The notes beneath the pieces are model-generated. The model saw only the letters and a program-made list of their open reading frames with translations. It was not told where the DNA came from and searched no databases. Shown piece by piece: positions 8,651 through 18,517 of a stretch of DNA of 64,000 nucleotides (its first letter is position 1; each line of letters opens with the position of its first letter). The position numbers and the translations under genes are program-made. This DNA comes from Pseudomonadota bacterium (GTDB lineage: Bacteria > Pseudomonadota > Alphaproteobacteria > Sphingomonadales > Sphingomonadaceae): positions 20,933 to 84,932 of the forward strand of contig JBCCVO010000001.1 of NCBI GenBank assembly GCA_039195235.1, in the 5' to 3' direction.

Positions 8651-9405
8651 AGAGTAGCTCCCTCCAGCGCATCAAGCGCCGCGTCGAGTAGCTTTGCCCG
8701 TTCGGCTTCGTCTTCGAGTTCGACGAAAGCATCACCGAGAAAAGCCTGCACCAGCAGACGCTGGGCCAATTCCGGCCCAATACCACGCGCGGCCATGTAA
8801 TACCGCGCTGCCTCGTCCAACTCCCCGACGGTCGCGCCGTGGGCGCATTTCACGTCATCGGCGAAGATTTCGAGCTGCGGCACGGCATTGGCGCTTGCTC
8901 CGGCTTCCAGCAGCAGGCCTTTAAAGTCCTGCGCAGCGTCAGTTTTCTGTGCGTCGCGTACGACCTTGATCTCGCCGAGAAAGTTGCCGGTGCCGGTACC
9001 CCAGTGGACCGACCGGACGGTCTGATTGCTGGTCGCGTCGGGTTCTGTGTGAACGGTCTGGGTTACGAATTCGCGCACGGCATCGCCGCCGCCAATCGTA
9101 ACTCCGCCAAACTCGAAATGCGCACCGCGCGCGAGAGTGACTTCAACCTCGACCCGGGTGTAATCGGCACCTTTGTTCGTCACGAACAGTTCGGCCCGGG
9201 CGCCTTCACCTACCGTCAGGCGGATGCGGTGCAGTTCGGGCGCGTCACTACCGACCACCATCGCCTGCCGACGCGTCTCGCCCGCCGCGAGGGTAATCTC
9301 ATCCCAAGCATCGAGTGCCTCCACGCCGAGACGTTCGAGCGCCGCGATGTCGGCATAGCGCCACACTTCATCGCGCCGGGTCGGGAGGGTCGCCGCCTCA
9401 GGCAT
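8647..9405 (-). CDS. sufD: Fe-S cluster assembly protein SufD
   Basis: PTRRDEVWRY; PQLEIFADDVKCAHGATVG. Confidence 0.92.
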   Translation of the reverse strand: MPEAATLPTRRDEVWRYADIAALERLGVEALDAWDEITLAAGETRRQAMVVGSDAPELHRIRLTVGEGARAELFVTNKGADYTRVEVEVTLARGAHFEFGGVTIGGGDAVREFVTQTVHTEPDATSNQTVRSVHWGTGTGNFLGEIKVVRDAQKTDAAQDFKGLLLEAGASANAVPQLEIFADDVKCAHGATVGELDEAARYYMAARGIGPELAQRLLVQAFLGDAFVELEDEAERAKLLDAALDALEGATL

Positions 9406-10147
9406 CAGCCATCACCGCATCGTAGCCTTCGTCTTCGAGCCGCAGCGCGAGATCAGGTCCGCCGGTCTGGATGATCTGACCATCGGCCAGCACGCTGACC
9501 TTGTCCGGCTTCACGACGTCGAGCAGCCGCTGGTAGTGCGTGATCAGCAGCACGCCCTTACCGGAAGCGCGCATGATCGCATTGATGCCTTCGCCGACGA
9601 TCCGCAATGCGTCGATATCGAGGCCGCTATCCGTCTCGTCCAGCACCGCAAAGGCCGGATTGAGAATGCCCATCTGGACCATTTCGGCGCGCTTCTTCTC
9701 GCCTCCTGAAAACCCGACATTCACCTGCCGCTTGAGCATTTCCATATCCATCTTGAGCAGGCCAGCCTTCTCCTTGGCGAGCTTCAGGAACTCGCCACCG
9801 GTCAGCGCTTCTTCGCCGCGCGCCTTGCGTTGGGAATTGAGTGCTTCACGCAGGAACTGCACATTGGAGACGCCAGGAATTTCGACCGGGTACTGAAAGC
9901 CGAGGAACAGTCCGGCAGCGGCGCGTTCATGCGGGTCGAGGTCGAACAGGTCCTGCCCGCGAAACTCAACCGAGCCGGCTGTCACTTCGTAACCTGGCTT
10001 GCCGCCCAGCACATTGGCGAGCGTCGACTTGCCCGCGCCGTTGGGCCCCATGATTGCATGCACTTCGCCCGCAGCGACTTCAAGCGTCAGCCCTTTGAGG
10101 ATTGTCTTGCCGTCAATCTCGGCGTGAAGGTTGTCAATTGTGAGCAT
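9398..10147 (-). CDS. sufC: Fe-S assembly ATPase SufC
   Basis: GPNGAGKST, FQYPVEIPGV, FSGGEKKR, LDETDSGLDID. Confidence 0.96.
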   Translation of the reverse strand: MLTIDNLHAEIDGKTILKGLTLEVAAGEVHAIMGPNGAGKSTLANVLGGKPGYEVTAGSVEFRGQDLFDLDPHERAAAGLFLGFQYPVEIPGVSNVQFLREALNSQRKARGEEALTGGEFLKLAKEKAGLLKMDMEMLKRQVNVGFSGGEKKRAEMVQMGILNPAFAVLDETDSGLDIDALRIVGEGINAIMRASGKGVLLITHYQRLLDVVKPDKVSVLADGQIIQTGGPDLALRLEDEGYDAVMADA

Positions 10148-11144
10148 TGGGGGTTCCATTGAAATGATCGCGGCGTGCCTGCCGCTTGTCTTCGATGCGC
10201 ATGCGCATACCGGCAGTGATCCGGTCGAGCACGGCGTCCATATTGTCCATGATATCGGAGGCCTTGATCCGCATCACACGAATGCCGACCGCCTCCAGAC
10301 TCTTGTCGCGACGTTTGGCGAGGGCCTCATCCGCGTCTTCCTCGTCGATCATGATCGCCATGCCGAGATTGTGGCAGTTGAAGTCGACAATCGCGCTGCC
10401 GACGACAGCGTGGCGCTTGAATGTGTATCGGCCAAGATTTGCACCCGCGAACTTCTCTGCAAGCGCCTTATGCGCAGGCGAAGCAAAACGCTTCATCTCG
10501 CGGGCGCGATCATGAAGCTCGTCGAGCCGCTTGTCCGAAATCTTCCACCCGCGGCCCTTTTTATTGAGGGCGGGGACTGTGTCGGAGGTATCCTTGAGGC
10601 CGAGAGTTTTACGGTTCTGACCCTTCGAAACTCCTGCTTTCAGCGAATATCGCTTGTGCACTCTGTCCACCGGCGTTCCATCGGCGAGCGGAATGCCCAG
10701 CGTCACATCATGATCCTCGAAGTCCATCTTCGAGTAGAACGCCAAACCGCCGGTATTGTCGGCGCGGATCGTGGCGTTGATGGCCTTAAGGTCAAGCTCT
10801 CGAGCACGGGCCAAGGTCGCTTTAAACAGGCTCGTACCGATCCCGCGTTGCGTCGTGCCCACCTTTGCAAAAGTCGCGACATCGCCGATATCGTCCGGGA
10901 GCGAGCCATTTTTAACCAGGGTCTGGAAGCCGATCAGCTCACCAGTTCCGTCATCGACTGCCACCACACAATTGAGAACGAGGGGTCCGATCAGATAAGT
11001 GTCTGCAAGCTGTTGAGGCGTGAACGGCTCCTCCAAAGCTGTGGTGCCACCTAGCTCAATGATTTCGTTGAGCAACTCAGCGAGACTAACAGAGTCGGCC
11101 GCAGTGACGGGCCGGACTTCAATGGTATTGGCGAGCAGAGTCAC
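10134..11144 (-). CDS. fusion of GNAT acetyltransferase and degenerate DUF559 (Vsr-like) domain
   Basis: N-half QRGIGTSL...[13 protein letters not shown]; C-half RAREMKR...[16 protein letters not shown]...[16 protein letters not shown]; GTG start overlaps sufB TGA. Confidence 0.8.
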   Translation of the reverse strand: MTLLANTIEVRPVTAADSVSLAELLNEIIELGGTTALEEPFTPQQLADTYLIGPLVLNCVVAVDDGTGELIGFQTLVKNGSLPDDIGDVATFAKVGTTQRGIGTSLFKATLARARELDLKAINATIRADNTGGLAFYSKMDFEDHDVTLGIPLADGTPVDRVHKRYSLKAGVSKGQNRKTLGLKDTSDTVPALNKKGRGWKISDKRLDELHDRAREMKRFASPAHKALAEKFAGANLGRYTFKRHAVVGSAIVDFNCHNLGMAIMIDEEDADEALAKRRDKSLEAVGIRVMRIKASDIMDNMDAVLDRITAGMRMRIEDKRQARRDHFNGTPNAHN

Positions 11145-12643
11145 CCCACACTCCCTTCGAGCGAGATCGCCAGCAGCTTCTGGGCCTCGACCGCAAACTC
11201 CATCGGCAGCTCTTTAAGCACATCCTTGGCAAAGCCGTTGACGATCAGCGCCACCGCTTCCTCTTCGTCGAGGCCGCGTTGCTGGGCGTAGAACATTTGC
11301 TCGTCAGAGATTTTTGACGTGGTCGCCTCGTGCTCGATCTGCGCGCCGGGGTTCTTCACCTCGATATAGGGAACAGTATGCGCGCCGCATTCATCGCCGA
11401 GCAGCAGGCTGTCGCACTGGGTGAAGTTGCGGACGCCCTCGGCTTTGGGGCCGACACGAACGAGCCCGCGATAAGTGTTGTTTGATTTGCCCGCACTGAT
11501 CCCCTTGGAGATGATCGTCGAGCGCGATCCCTGACCATTGTGGATCATCTTGGTGCCGGTATCGGCCTGCTGGAAATTGTTGGTCACCGCGACGGAGTAG
11601 AATTCGCCGACGCTGTCTTCACCGTTTAGTACGCAGCTTGGGTACTTCCACGTCACCGCAGATCCGGTTTCGACCTGAGTCCAGCTGATCTTTGAGCGGT
11701 CGCCCTGGCACAGCCCGCGCTTGGTGACGAAATTGTAGATTCCGCCAACACCTTCGGAATTGCCGGGATACCAGTTCTGCACGGTAGAATACTTGATCTC
11801 GGCATCTTCCAGCGCGACCAGTTCAACCACGGCGGCATGGAGCTGATTTTCGTCGCGCATCGGAGCAGTGCAACCTTCGAGATAGGAGACATAAGACCCC
11901 TTCTCGGCGATGATCAGTGTGCGTTCGAACTGACCGGTGTTTTCAGCGTTGATGCGAAAATAGGTGGAAAGCTCCATCGGGCATCGCACGCCTTCGGGCA
12001 CGTAGACGAATGTACCGTCAGAGAAGACCGCGGAGTTGAGCGTCGCGAAAAAGTTGTCACGCTGCGGCACAACCCGCCCGAGCCATTTCTTGACCAGTTC
12101 CGGATGCTCCTTGATCGCTTCGCTGATCGACAGGAAGATCACGCCCGCTTTCTTGAGCTCTTCGCGGAATGTCGTTGCGACCGAGACACTGTCGAACACG
12201 GCATCTACTGCGACCTTGCGCGCGCCTTCGACCCCGGCGAGCACTTCCTGCTCCGCCACGGGAATACCAAGCTTGTCGTAGACTGCCTTGATCTCCGGAT
12301 CGAGCTCGTCGAGCGAGGCGAGCTTCGGCTTCGCCTTGGGCGCGGCATAATAATAGGCATCCTGATAATCGATCGCCGGATAGCCAATCTTGGCCCAGTC
12401 GGGCTCTTCCATGTCTTGCCACAGGCGAAACGCCTTAAGGCGCCAGTCGAGCATCCATTCGGGCTCGCCTTTCTTGGCCGAAATGAATCGGACGGTATCC
12501 TCGTTCAGGCCCTTCTCGGCGAACTCGGTTTCGATATCCGCAGACCAGCCATGCTCGTACTCATCGGCATTGGCCGCTGCTGCGGCTTTGGCATCTGCGT
12601 CAATTTCGCGTTCGGGCGCTTCAAAATCGAGATTGTCGGTCAT
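11141..12643 (-). CDS. sufB: Fe-S cluster assembly protein SufB
   Basis: [46 protein letters not shown]. Confidence 0.97.
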   Translation of the reverse strand: MTDNLDFEAPEREIDADAKAAAAANADEYEHGWSADIETEFAEKGLNEDTVRFISAKKGEPEWMLDWRLKAFRLWQDMEEPDWAKIGYPAIDYQDAYYYAAPKAKPKLASLDELDPEIKAVYDKLGIPVAEQEVLAGVEGARKVAVDAVFDSVSVATTFREELKKAGVIFLSISEAIKEHPELVKKWLGRVVPQRDNFFATLNSAVFSDGTFVYVPEGVRCPMELSTYFRINAENTGQFERTLIIAEKGSYVSYLEGCTAPMRDENQLHAAVVELVALEDAEIKYSTVQNWYPGNSEGVGGIYNFVTKRGLCQGDRSKISWTQVETGSAVTWKYPSCVLNGEDSVGEFYSVAVTNNFQQADTGTKMIHNGQGSRSTIISKGISAGKSNNTYRGLVRVGPKAEGVRNFTQCDSLLLGDECGAHTVPYIEVKNPGAQIEHEATTSKISDEQMFYAQQRGLDEEEAVALIVNGFAKDVLKELPMEFAVEAQKLLAISLEGSVG

Positions 12644-13083
12644 GCCACTTCTTCTTTGGTTGGATTGGATTTCTGTGCGGCGGGGGGCGTGCGCAATTCG
12701 GTAAGGGTGATATCGGCCAGCGCGCCGCGCAGAGCCTCATTTATGATCGGCCAGTGCGGCTTCATCTTGCAGCGAGCCTCATGCTCGCATCCGCCGTTCG
12801 CTTCGATACACGCAGTAAGCGCAATCGGCCCTTCAACCGCTTCAACAATGTCAGCAACGGTAATCGCGGCTGCCGGTCGGCCAAGCTGCAACCCGCCATG
12901 CGCACCCCGAACAGAGCGCAGAAGGCCCGCAGCAGTCAGCTTCGAAACGAGCCGCTGCACCGTCGGCACCGGCAGCCCGGTTTCCGCCGCCAATTCAGCC
13001 GCGCTCACTCGTCCATCCCCGCAATGACGCGAGGCCTGGCACATCGTTATAACGGCATAATCGGCAAGGTTGGACAGGCGCAT
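12640..13083 (-). CDS. Rrf2-family SUF regulator
   Basis: [33 protein letters not shown]...C...C. Confidence 0.92.
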   Translation of the reverse strand: MRLSNLADYAVITMCQASRHCGDGRVSAAELAAETGLPVPTVQRLVSKLTAAGLLRSVRGAHGGLQLGRPAAAITVADIVEAVEGPIALTACIEANGGCEHEARCKMKPHWPIINEALRGALADITLTELRTPPAAQKSNPTKEEVA

Positions 13084-13095
13084 GCGACTCAAACA

Positions 13096-13150
13096 CTAAT
13101 TCGGACAGATTTGTTCCGAATTAGGAAATAAGACCGATTCGGTCGGATTT
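13096..13150. promoter_or_regulatory. two adjacent palindromes, probable Rrf2/IscR-type operators
   Basis: CTAATTCGGA-N9-TCCGAATTAG (13096-13124) and AAAT-aa-GACCGA-t-TCGGTC-gg-ATTT (13126-13150), just upstream of the suf operon. Confidence 0.65.
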
Positions 13151-13166
13151 CAACGCAAATCCATCT

Positions 13167-13185
13167 GTTGCGAGTCGTTAGCGTT
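13167..13185. promoter_or_regulatory. possible alphaproteobacterial Fur box
   Basis: GTTGCGAGTCGTTAGCGTT contains the TGCGAGT half-site of Caulobacter-type Fur boxes; upstream of suf. Confidence 0.45.
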
Positions 13186-13250
13186 TTTGCTTGCGCGCAC
13201 CGTTGACAGCTGCTGCCACCATTGTTTCACCCGGACACAACCAGGCCACA

Positions 13251-14120
13251 TCATCCAATCGCACGAAATTGCTCCAGGCGGTCGAGATTCTTCATTTGCA
13301 GCAGAGTCTGGAAGATCGGGTCGGTTGTGCCGCCGAGGCGTGACGGGGTGTATCCGCAATAGGTTCGGATTTCGCGGATCATGTGCGGCTGGTCGACGAA
13401 CGCATCGGCGATCTCGGCCTCACCTTCATCGCTCAAATCATCTTTCGAAAGCAGCGCAGCGGCCCGGATCGCGCGATACTTGCGCGCAAGCGCCGCTGGT
13501 GGAAGTCCGAAATAGCGCTCGACCAACCTCTCGGCATGGCGGCGCGAGTATATCAGGGGCTCGAACAAGCGGTCTATCTCGGGATTGAGTGACGTTCCGA
13601 GCCAGCCGATAGTCGTCTCTATCAACCTCTCATGGGCTGGCGGAATTTGCTTGAGCCGCGCACCAATCCAGTTCGCAAGTTCGTGACACGCCTGGTCGCC
13701 CGATATCTCGCCGGCACTATAGCGTCTGTTCAGATCGCCGCTGAAATCGACCACCTCTTGTCCAAGGAATTCTGAAGCATGGGGAAAACGATCGATATGC
13801 TCATTGGAAGGTTCGCCGCTTAGTGCAGCCCAGCCGAGTGGAGACAACGACGCGCCGATCGCATGCCATGGCCCCTTCATATGGATCGCAGCCGCAGAGC
13901 TGAAACCGCTGAACAGGTACGCGCCCGGACCGGCCGGATCGAAGCGATCGCCGAATTGCAGACCACCTTCGCCGCAGGGAAACAGGACAAGCTGTCCTAA
14001 AGCGCCTGGGTGGCGATCCTCGATCTGTCCAGCACCTGTAGCAAAGCAGAAAGTCGCCAGAATGTGCCGATTCAGCTCGACGGGCGGATCGAAATAGGAA
14101 AGGGAAAAATGGGACGACAT
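13251..14120 (-). CDS. AraC-family transcriptional regulator
   Basis: C-terminal ERYFGLPPAALARKYR...FVDQPHMIREIR...GYTP; ATG at 14120. Confidence 0.88.
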   Translation of the reverse strand: MSSHFSLSYFDPPVELNRHILATFCFATGAGQIEDRHPGALGQLVLFPCGEGGLQFGDRFDPAGPGAYLFSGFSSAAAIHMKGPWHAIGASLSPLGWAALSGEPSNEHIDRFPHASEFLGQEVVDFSGDLNRRYSAGEISGDQACHELANWIGARLKQIPPAHERLIETTIGWLGTSLNPEIDRLFEPLIYSRRHAERLVERYFGLPPAALARKYRAIRAAALLSKDDLSDEGEAEIADAFVDQPHMIREIRTYCGYTPSRLGGTTDPIFQTLLQMKNLDRLEQFRAIG

Positions 14121-14278
14121 GGCAGCCAGGAGCGACCCGCCGCTATGCCGTCCCACATGCCGATGGAACCAAACCCGAAGGGCTCTTTTCAATCGGCTTG
14201 TGGTCAGCAATTAGCCGGGAGGGTCGTTTGCTCATTGTATCACAGCGACATTGCGGGCGGTTGTCGACGAGCAGCGCA

Positions 14279-16120
14279 TTATCCGTTTCGGCGCCGCGCG
14301 TACCGTCCCGCTTTTGAAGCCTCCACCCAATTCATGACATTCTCTTCCAATATCGATAACGGCACCGGTCCGCTGGTCAGAACAATATCGTGGAATCCAC
14401 GAATGTCGAAATCGTCGCCTAGCTCTTCGCGTGCCCGTGCCCGCAATTCCATTATCTTCAGCTTGCCGATCATGTAGGCGGTCGCCTGACCAGGAGTGGT
14501 GATGTAGCGCTCTATCGCCTTGACGATATCGCCTTGTGGATTTGGCGTGTTATCCGAGAGATAGGCGATCGCCTTCTCGCGGCTCCAGCGCTTTGAATGG
14601 ATCCCCGTGTCGACCACGAGGCGACACGCCCGCCACAGCTCCATACCGAGCCGCCCGAAATCGGAATAGGGGTCTTGGTAGAAGCCCATGTCCTTTCCCA
14701 GTTCCTCGGTATAAAGGCCCCAACCCTCTGTGTAGGCAGTAAAGCCGCCAAACCGGCGAAACGGCGGCAGATTGCCGAGTTCTGTCTGAAGCGCCCGCTG
14801 CAAATGGTGGCCGGGGAAGCCCTCATGATAGGCGAGCGCTTCCATTTCGTTCTTGGACATGTCGCGCAGGTTGTAGAGATTCACATAGTAGGTGCCCGGT
14901 CGTGAACCGTCGGCTGCAGGACTCTGGTAGAAGGCCTTTCCCGCACTCTTCTCGCGAAACGCCTCGACCGGCTTGATGATCATCGGCGCTTTGGGAAGCA
15001 CACCAAAAAACTCAGGTAGCTTGACCTCCATCGCATCAAGCTTGGCCTGCGCGTCCTCGAGATAGTCTTCGCGCGTGGTGTAGAAGAACTGGTCGTCGGT
15101 TCGAGTAAACTCGAAGAAGTCCTGAAGGCTGCCTTCAAAGCCCACCTTCGCCATGATCTCGAGCATTTCGCCGTGGATACGATCAACTTCGCGAAGACCG
15201 ATATTGTGGATCTCGTCGGAGGTCAGATCGGTGGTCGTATAGCTCTTGAGCAGCGCATCGTAATACGCCTCGCCCTCAGGCAGACGCCAGATGCCGTCAT
15301 CAGTCGGTGCAATCGCCTGCTGACGTTTCATTTCGGTAAGGAGACGCTGGTAACCGGGAATTGCCGAGGCCCACCAGGCATCTTTGGCATCGCCATTGAT
15401 TCCCGCCTTCGTATCGTCGTCGAGATCGAGCCTTTCGACCTTCGCGGCGAGATCAGCGAGCACTGCGTTGTCATCACCAGCTGAAATCAAGTTTTCGAGA
15501 TCGGATATGACGTAAGGATACACCCAGTCGGGCGGCATCACGCCCGCATCGGCGCGTTCGCGAGCCTCGGCGATCAACGCGTCCATCTGCGGGCCGATTC
15601 CCCGAACACGCGACACATACGCCTCGGCGTCTTCAAAGCTGCCAACGCGATGGATGTTGATCAAGAAGGCGGGAATAGAAGTATGCGCCCCGCGCCGGTG
15701 ATCGAACAGGAAGCCATATTCGCGATAGGGATAGAGCGAGGCACTGCGCTCGGCGAGCGCTTCGAACAGCCGATATGACAGCCCATCCTGGTCTGACAAG
15801 TTGGCCGGATCATAGCGATCACGCATCTTTGCTGCAGTGCGTTGCAGCAGCAGATACTCGCGCTCATCGGCCTCGTCGGAAACCTCATTCCATTGGCCAT
15901 ACGCCTCATCACGAATGCCGCGATAGGCTTTGCCGAGCGGGGACAGGCCGAGTTGCGCCTCGTCATATTGTTCGAACAGGGTGTTGATGCTGCTCACGTC
16001 GTCCGATTGGTCCGATGCAGCCACGTCGCCCGCTTGAGTGGTGGAACCCGCATAGCTGGCCGTCGCCCCGGCAGCGGTCAGCGCGATCAAAAGGGCGGCG
16101 ATTGGAGAGAGTCGACTCAT
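14279..16120 (-). CDS. DUF885-family secreted putative metallopeptidase
   Basis: Signal peptide; AYHEGFPGHHLQ, YTEGWGLYTE, RLVVDTGIH, PGQATAYMIG. Confidence 0.9.
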   Translation of the reverse strand: MSRLSPIAALLIALTAAGATASYAGSTTQAGDVAASDQSDDVSSINTLFEQYDEAQLGLSPLGKAYRGIRDEAYGQWNEVSDEADEREYLLLQRTAAKMRDRYDPANLSDQDGLSYRLFEALAERSASLYPYREYGFLFDHRRGAHTSIPAFLINIHRVGSFEDAEAYVSRVRGIGPQMDALIAEARERADAGVMPPDWVYPYVISDLENLISAGDDNAVLADLAAKVERLDLDDDTKAGINGDAKDAWWASAIPGYQRLLTEMKRQQAIAPTDDGIWRLPEGEAYYDALLKSYTTTDLTSDEIHNIGLREVDRIHGEMLEIMAKVGFEGSLQDFFEFTRTDDQFFYTTREDYLEDAQAKLDAMEVKLPEFFGVLPKAPMIIKPVEAFREKSAGKAFYQSPAADGSRPGTYYVNLYNLRDMSKNEMEALAYHEGFPGHHLQRALQTELGNLPPFRRFGGFTAYTEGWGLYTEELGKDMGFYQDPYSDFGRLGMELWRACRLVVDTGIHSKRWSREKAIAYLSDNTPNPQGDIVKAIERYITTPGQATAYMIGKLKIMELRARAREELGDDFDIRGFHDIVLTSGPVPLSILEENVMNWVEASKAGRYARRRNG

Positions 16121-16187
16121 GGGTTTTCCCTATTTGGCAGGTCTGGCATCAATAACGCAGGCGCGAGCGAATGGGCTGAAAAATGCC

Positions 16188-17114
16188 CTACCGGCCGAGC
16201 TCGCGGAAGTTCTTTGGGTCGATCATCTCGCTTAGGAACGGACTATCATCATCAGTGAGCCTTGCTGGCGTGCGCCCGGCAAACCGGTTGATCTCGCGAA
16301 TCATATGCGGCTGGTCGAAAAACGCATCACCCAGTTCTGCTTCGAATTCCGGGGTCAGCGTCGGGAACGACAGCAGGGCTGCGGCTCGCAAGGCACGGTA
16401 CTTACGCGCCAGAGCTTGCGGCGGAAGCCCGAAATACCGTTCGGTCAGGCGCTGGACCTGACGGTCCGAATAAGCCGCCTTGTCCATCAGATCGCGAAGT
16501 TCCGGATTGAGCGATGAGCCAAGCCAGGTGTTCACCAGCCGGATCAAATCGGCATGGCGCTGATTGATCGGCTTGACCTTGCGCCCAATGAACGCCCCGA
16601 TCTCAAGCGCACATTCGCGCCCGCCAATCTCGCCTGCGCGATAGGCGTTGTTAAGCCAGTGCCCCAACGCCGCGACATCATCGCCGAGAATCTCGCTCGC
16701 ATCACGCAACCGGTCGCGGTGCTCACCCGCGTGCAAGCCTGTGAGCGCCGCCCAACCGAGTGGGGTCAGCGCTGCGCCAATCACGTGAAACGGCCCTTCG
16801 ACCACGATCGGCGTTGCAGTCGAGAGCGGAGTGAGAATGGCAGTCTCGTAATTGGGATCGCGATGCCCTTCGCGAAACAGCATCTCACCCTTGCCGTAGG
16901 GAAAGAGCGACAGATGCCCAACAGAGGCAGGTTGGATGTCTCGGATCAGGGGCTCGTCGCAACGAAAGTGGTACAGTGTTGTGATGTAGTCACTGATCGC
17001 GGCCGGAGGGGCGATATAGTCGACATTGATAAGGGAGGACGAGGTAAGCTCGTGTTCCTCCTCAGCAAATTCCAATCGTTCTGGACTGGATGTCGAATCT
17101 TGAAAATCGGTCAT
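16188..17114 (-). CDS. AraC-family regulator, paralogue of 13251..14120
   Basis: ERYFGLPPQALARKYR...FFDQPHMIREINRFAGRTP. Confidence 0.88.
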   Translation of the reverse strand: MTDFQDSTSSPERLEFAEEEHELTSSSLINVDYIAPPAAISDYITTLYHFRCDEPLIRDIQPASVGHLSLFPYGKGEMLFREGHRDPNYETAILTPLSTATPIVVEGPFHVIGAALTPLGWAALTGLHAGEHRDRLRDASEILGDDVAALGHWLNNAYRAGEIGGRECALEIGAFIGRKVKPINQRHADLIRLVNTWLGSSLNPELRDLMDKAAYSDRQVQRLTERYFGLPPQALARKYRALRAAALLSFPTLTPEFEAELGDAFFDQPHMIREINRFAGRTPARLTDDDSPFLSEMIDPKNFRELGR

Positions 17115-17165
17115 GCATGACGCCCCGTAACGCGCCGTTTACGAGATTTTGCCTCGTTTTGACAC

Positions 17166-17197
17166 AAAAAAAGGGCGGCCCAATTACTGGACCGCCC
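17166..17197 (-). terminator. intrinsic terminator
   Basis: GGGCGGUCCA-GUAAU-UGGGCCGCCC-UUUUUUU on minus strand. Confidence 0.85.
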
Positions 17198-17252
17198 ATT
17201 TGAGTTGAGGAACTCTTCGCATTGCTGCTCCGAGCCCTTCGGGTCGCAGAGA
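17166..17252 (-). ncRNA. candidate small RNA (about 85 nt) or terminated leader
   Basis: Minus strand: CCC-GAA-GGG, GCA-GCAA-UGC and GAGUU-CCUC-AACUC hairpins, then a 10-bp terminator with U7; 5' end approximate. Confidence 0.55.
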
Positions 17253-17454
17253 TGTAGATAGCGAGCGAATCGCATTAAGAATTGTATGCAAACGACAAGG
17301 TTGCATACGTAACCCATAGCGAACGAATATTTCGTGGATTTCTCAGCAATCCGAATCCCTTACGGAATGCGGGGCTTCCATGTAATATAGTATCAATTGG
17401 CAATCCTGCAGCGCGCACTCGACAGCACAATTTTTTTTGGCTTAGGCGCTCGTC

Positions 17455-18507
17455 ATGCTGTTTCGCCTTCTCAAGCCAGCCCTGTTCGCACTCGATTCGG
17501 AAACGGGCCACCGCCTCGCGATCGCCTCGTTGAAGATGCTGCCTGTTCGCGAGGCGCGTTCATCGCTCACCCAGCCAGAAGCACTCGCAATCGAGGTAGC
17601 GGGTCTGCACTTTCCCAATCCGATCGGCGTGGCAGCAGGCTTCGATAAGGATGCCGAAGTGCCCGATGCACTGTTGGGTCTCGGATTTGGCTTCACTGAA
17701 GTCGGCTCGATCACTCCGCGTCCGCAGGCAGGCAATCCGAAGCCACGACTGTTCCGACTGGTTGAGGACAACGCGGTTATCAACCGCATGGGCTTCAACA
17801 ATGCCGGGGCCGATGCCGCCATCACGCGATTGAAAGAACGTGTCGGCAAACCAGGCATTCTGGGGATCAATATCGGCGCGAACAAGGATTCGGATGATCG
17901 CATCGCCGATTACGCCACCATGGCGCGGGCAATGACGCCCTATGCCAGCTATCTCGCGGTCAATGTCTCCAGCCCCAACACGCCGGGCCTGCGCGCGCTT
18001 CAGGACGAATCGGCGCTCACGGCACTTATCGATGCTGTGATCGAGGCGCGCGCTGAGGCTGACGAAGGGGCCCGACCCCCAATCTTCCTCAAGGTCGCGC
18101 CGGATCTTGAACCTGCTGACATTGATGCGATCTCCCGCATCGCGCTTGATAAGCAGCTCGGCGCTCTGATCGTGTCGAACACCACCATATCGCGGCCCAG
18201 TCTACGCTCGCACCATGCGGGCGAAACCGGTGGCCTTTCGGGAGCGCCCTTGCGTGCATTGGCGCTTCAGAGAGTGCGTGACTTCCGCACGGCAACCGGC
18301 GGTGCGATTCCGCTGATTGGCGTGGGCGGCATTGCCAACGCCGAGCATGCCTGGGAACGCATCTGCGCAGGGGCGAGCCTCGTCCAGCTCTATTCGGCGA
18401 TGGTCTATGACGGGCCGGGCCTGGGCGCGCGAGTAGCGCAAGGGCTGGAGAGGCTTATGAAACGCGATGGCTTTGCAAGCATTGCGGACGCGGTTGGAAG
18501 CGAATAG
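17455..18507 (+). CDS. pyrD: dihydroorotate dehydrogenase (quinone)
   Basis: NPIGVAAGFDK, GNPKPRLFRL, INRMGFNN, NVSSPNTPGLR. Confidence 0.97.
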   Translation: MLFRLLKPALFALDSETGHRLAIASLKMLPVREARSSLTQPEALAIEVAGLHFPNPIGVAAGFDKDAEVPDALLGLGFGFTEVGSITPRPQAGNPKPRLFRLVEDNAVINRMGFNNAGADAAITRLKERVGKPGILGINIGANKDSDDRIADYATMARAMTPYASYLAVNVSSPNTPGLRALQDESALTALIDAVIEARAEADEGARPPIFLKVAPDLEPADIDAISRIALDKQLGALIVSNTTISRPSLRSHHAGETGGLSGAPLRALALQRVRDFRTATGGAIPLIGVGGIANAEHAWERICAGASLVQLYSAMVYDGPGLGARVAQGLERLMKRDGFASIADAVGSE

Positions 18508-18517
18508 CGCAAGGGAC

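Noticed and set aside
7616-8800. Long antisense ORFs (also 11837-13027, 18202-19224, 33557-34717, 46285-47343, 59360-60160)
   Set aside because: Shadow frames opposite clear housekeeping genes, expected at high GC; no motifs
10134-10630. Active homing or mobile DUF559 endonuclease element
   Set aside because: Catalytic E-x-D-G-x-x-H not retained and no flanking palindromic repeats seen
17166-17252. Known riboswitch class upstream of araC
   Set aside because: No TPP, cobalamin, SAM, FMN, glycine or c-di-GMP consensus recognised; kept as candidate sRNA
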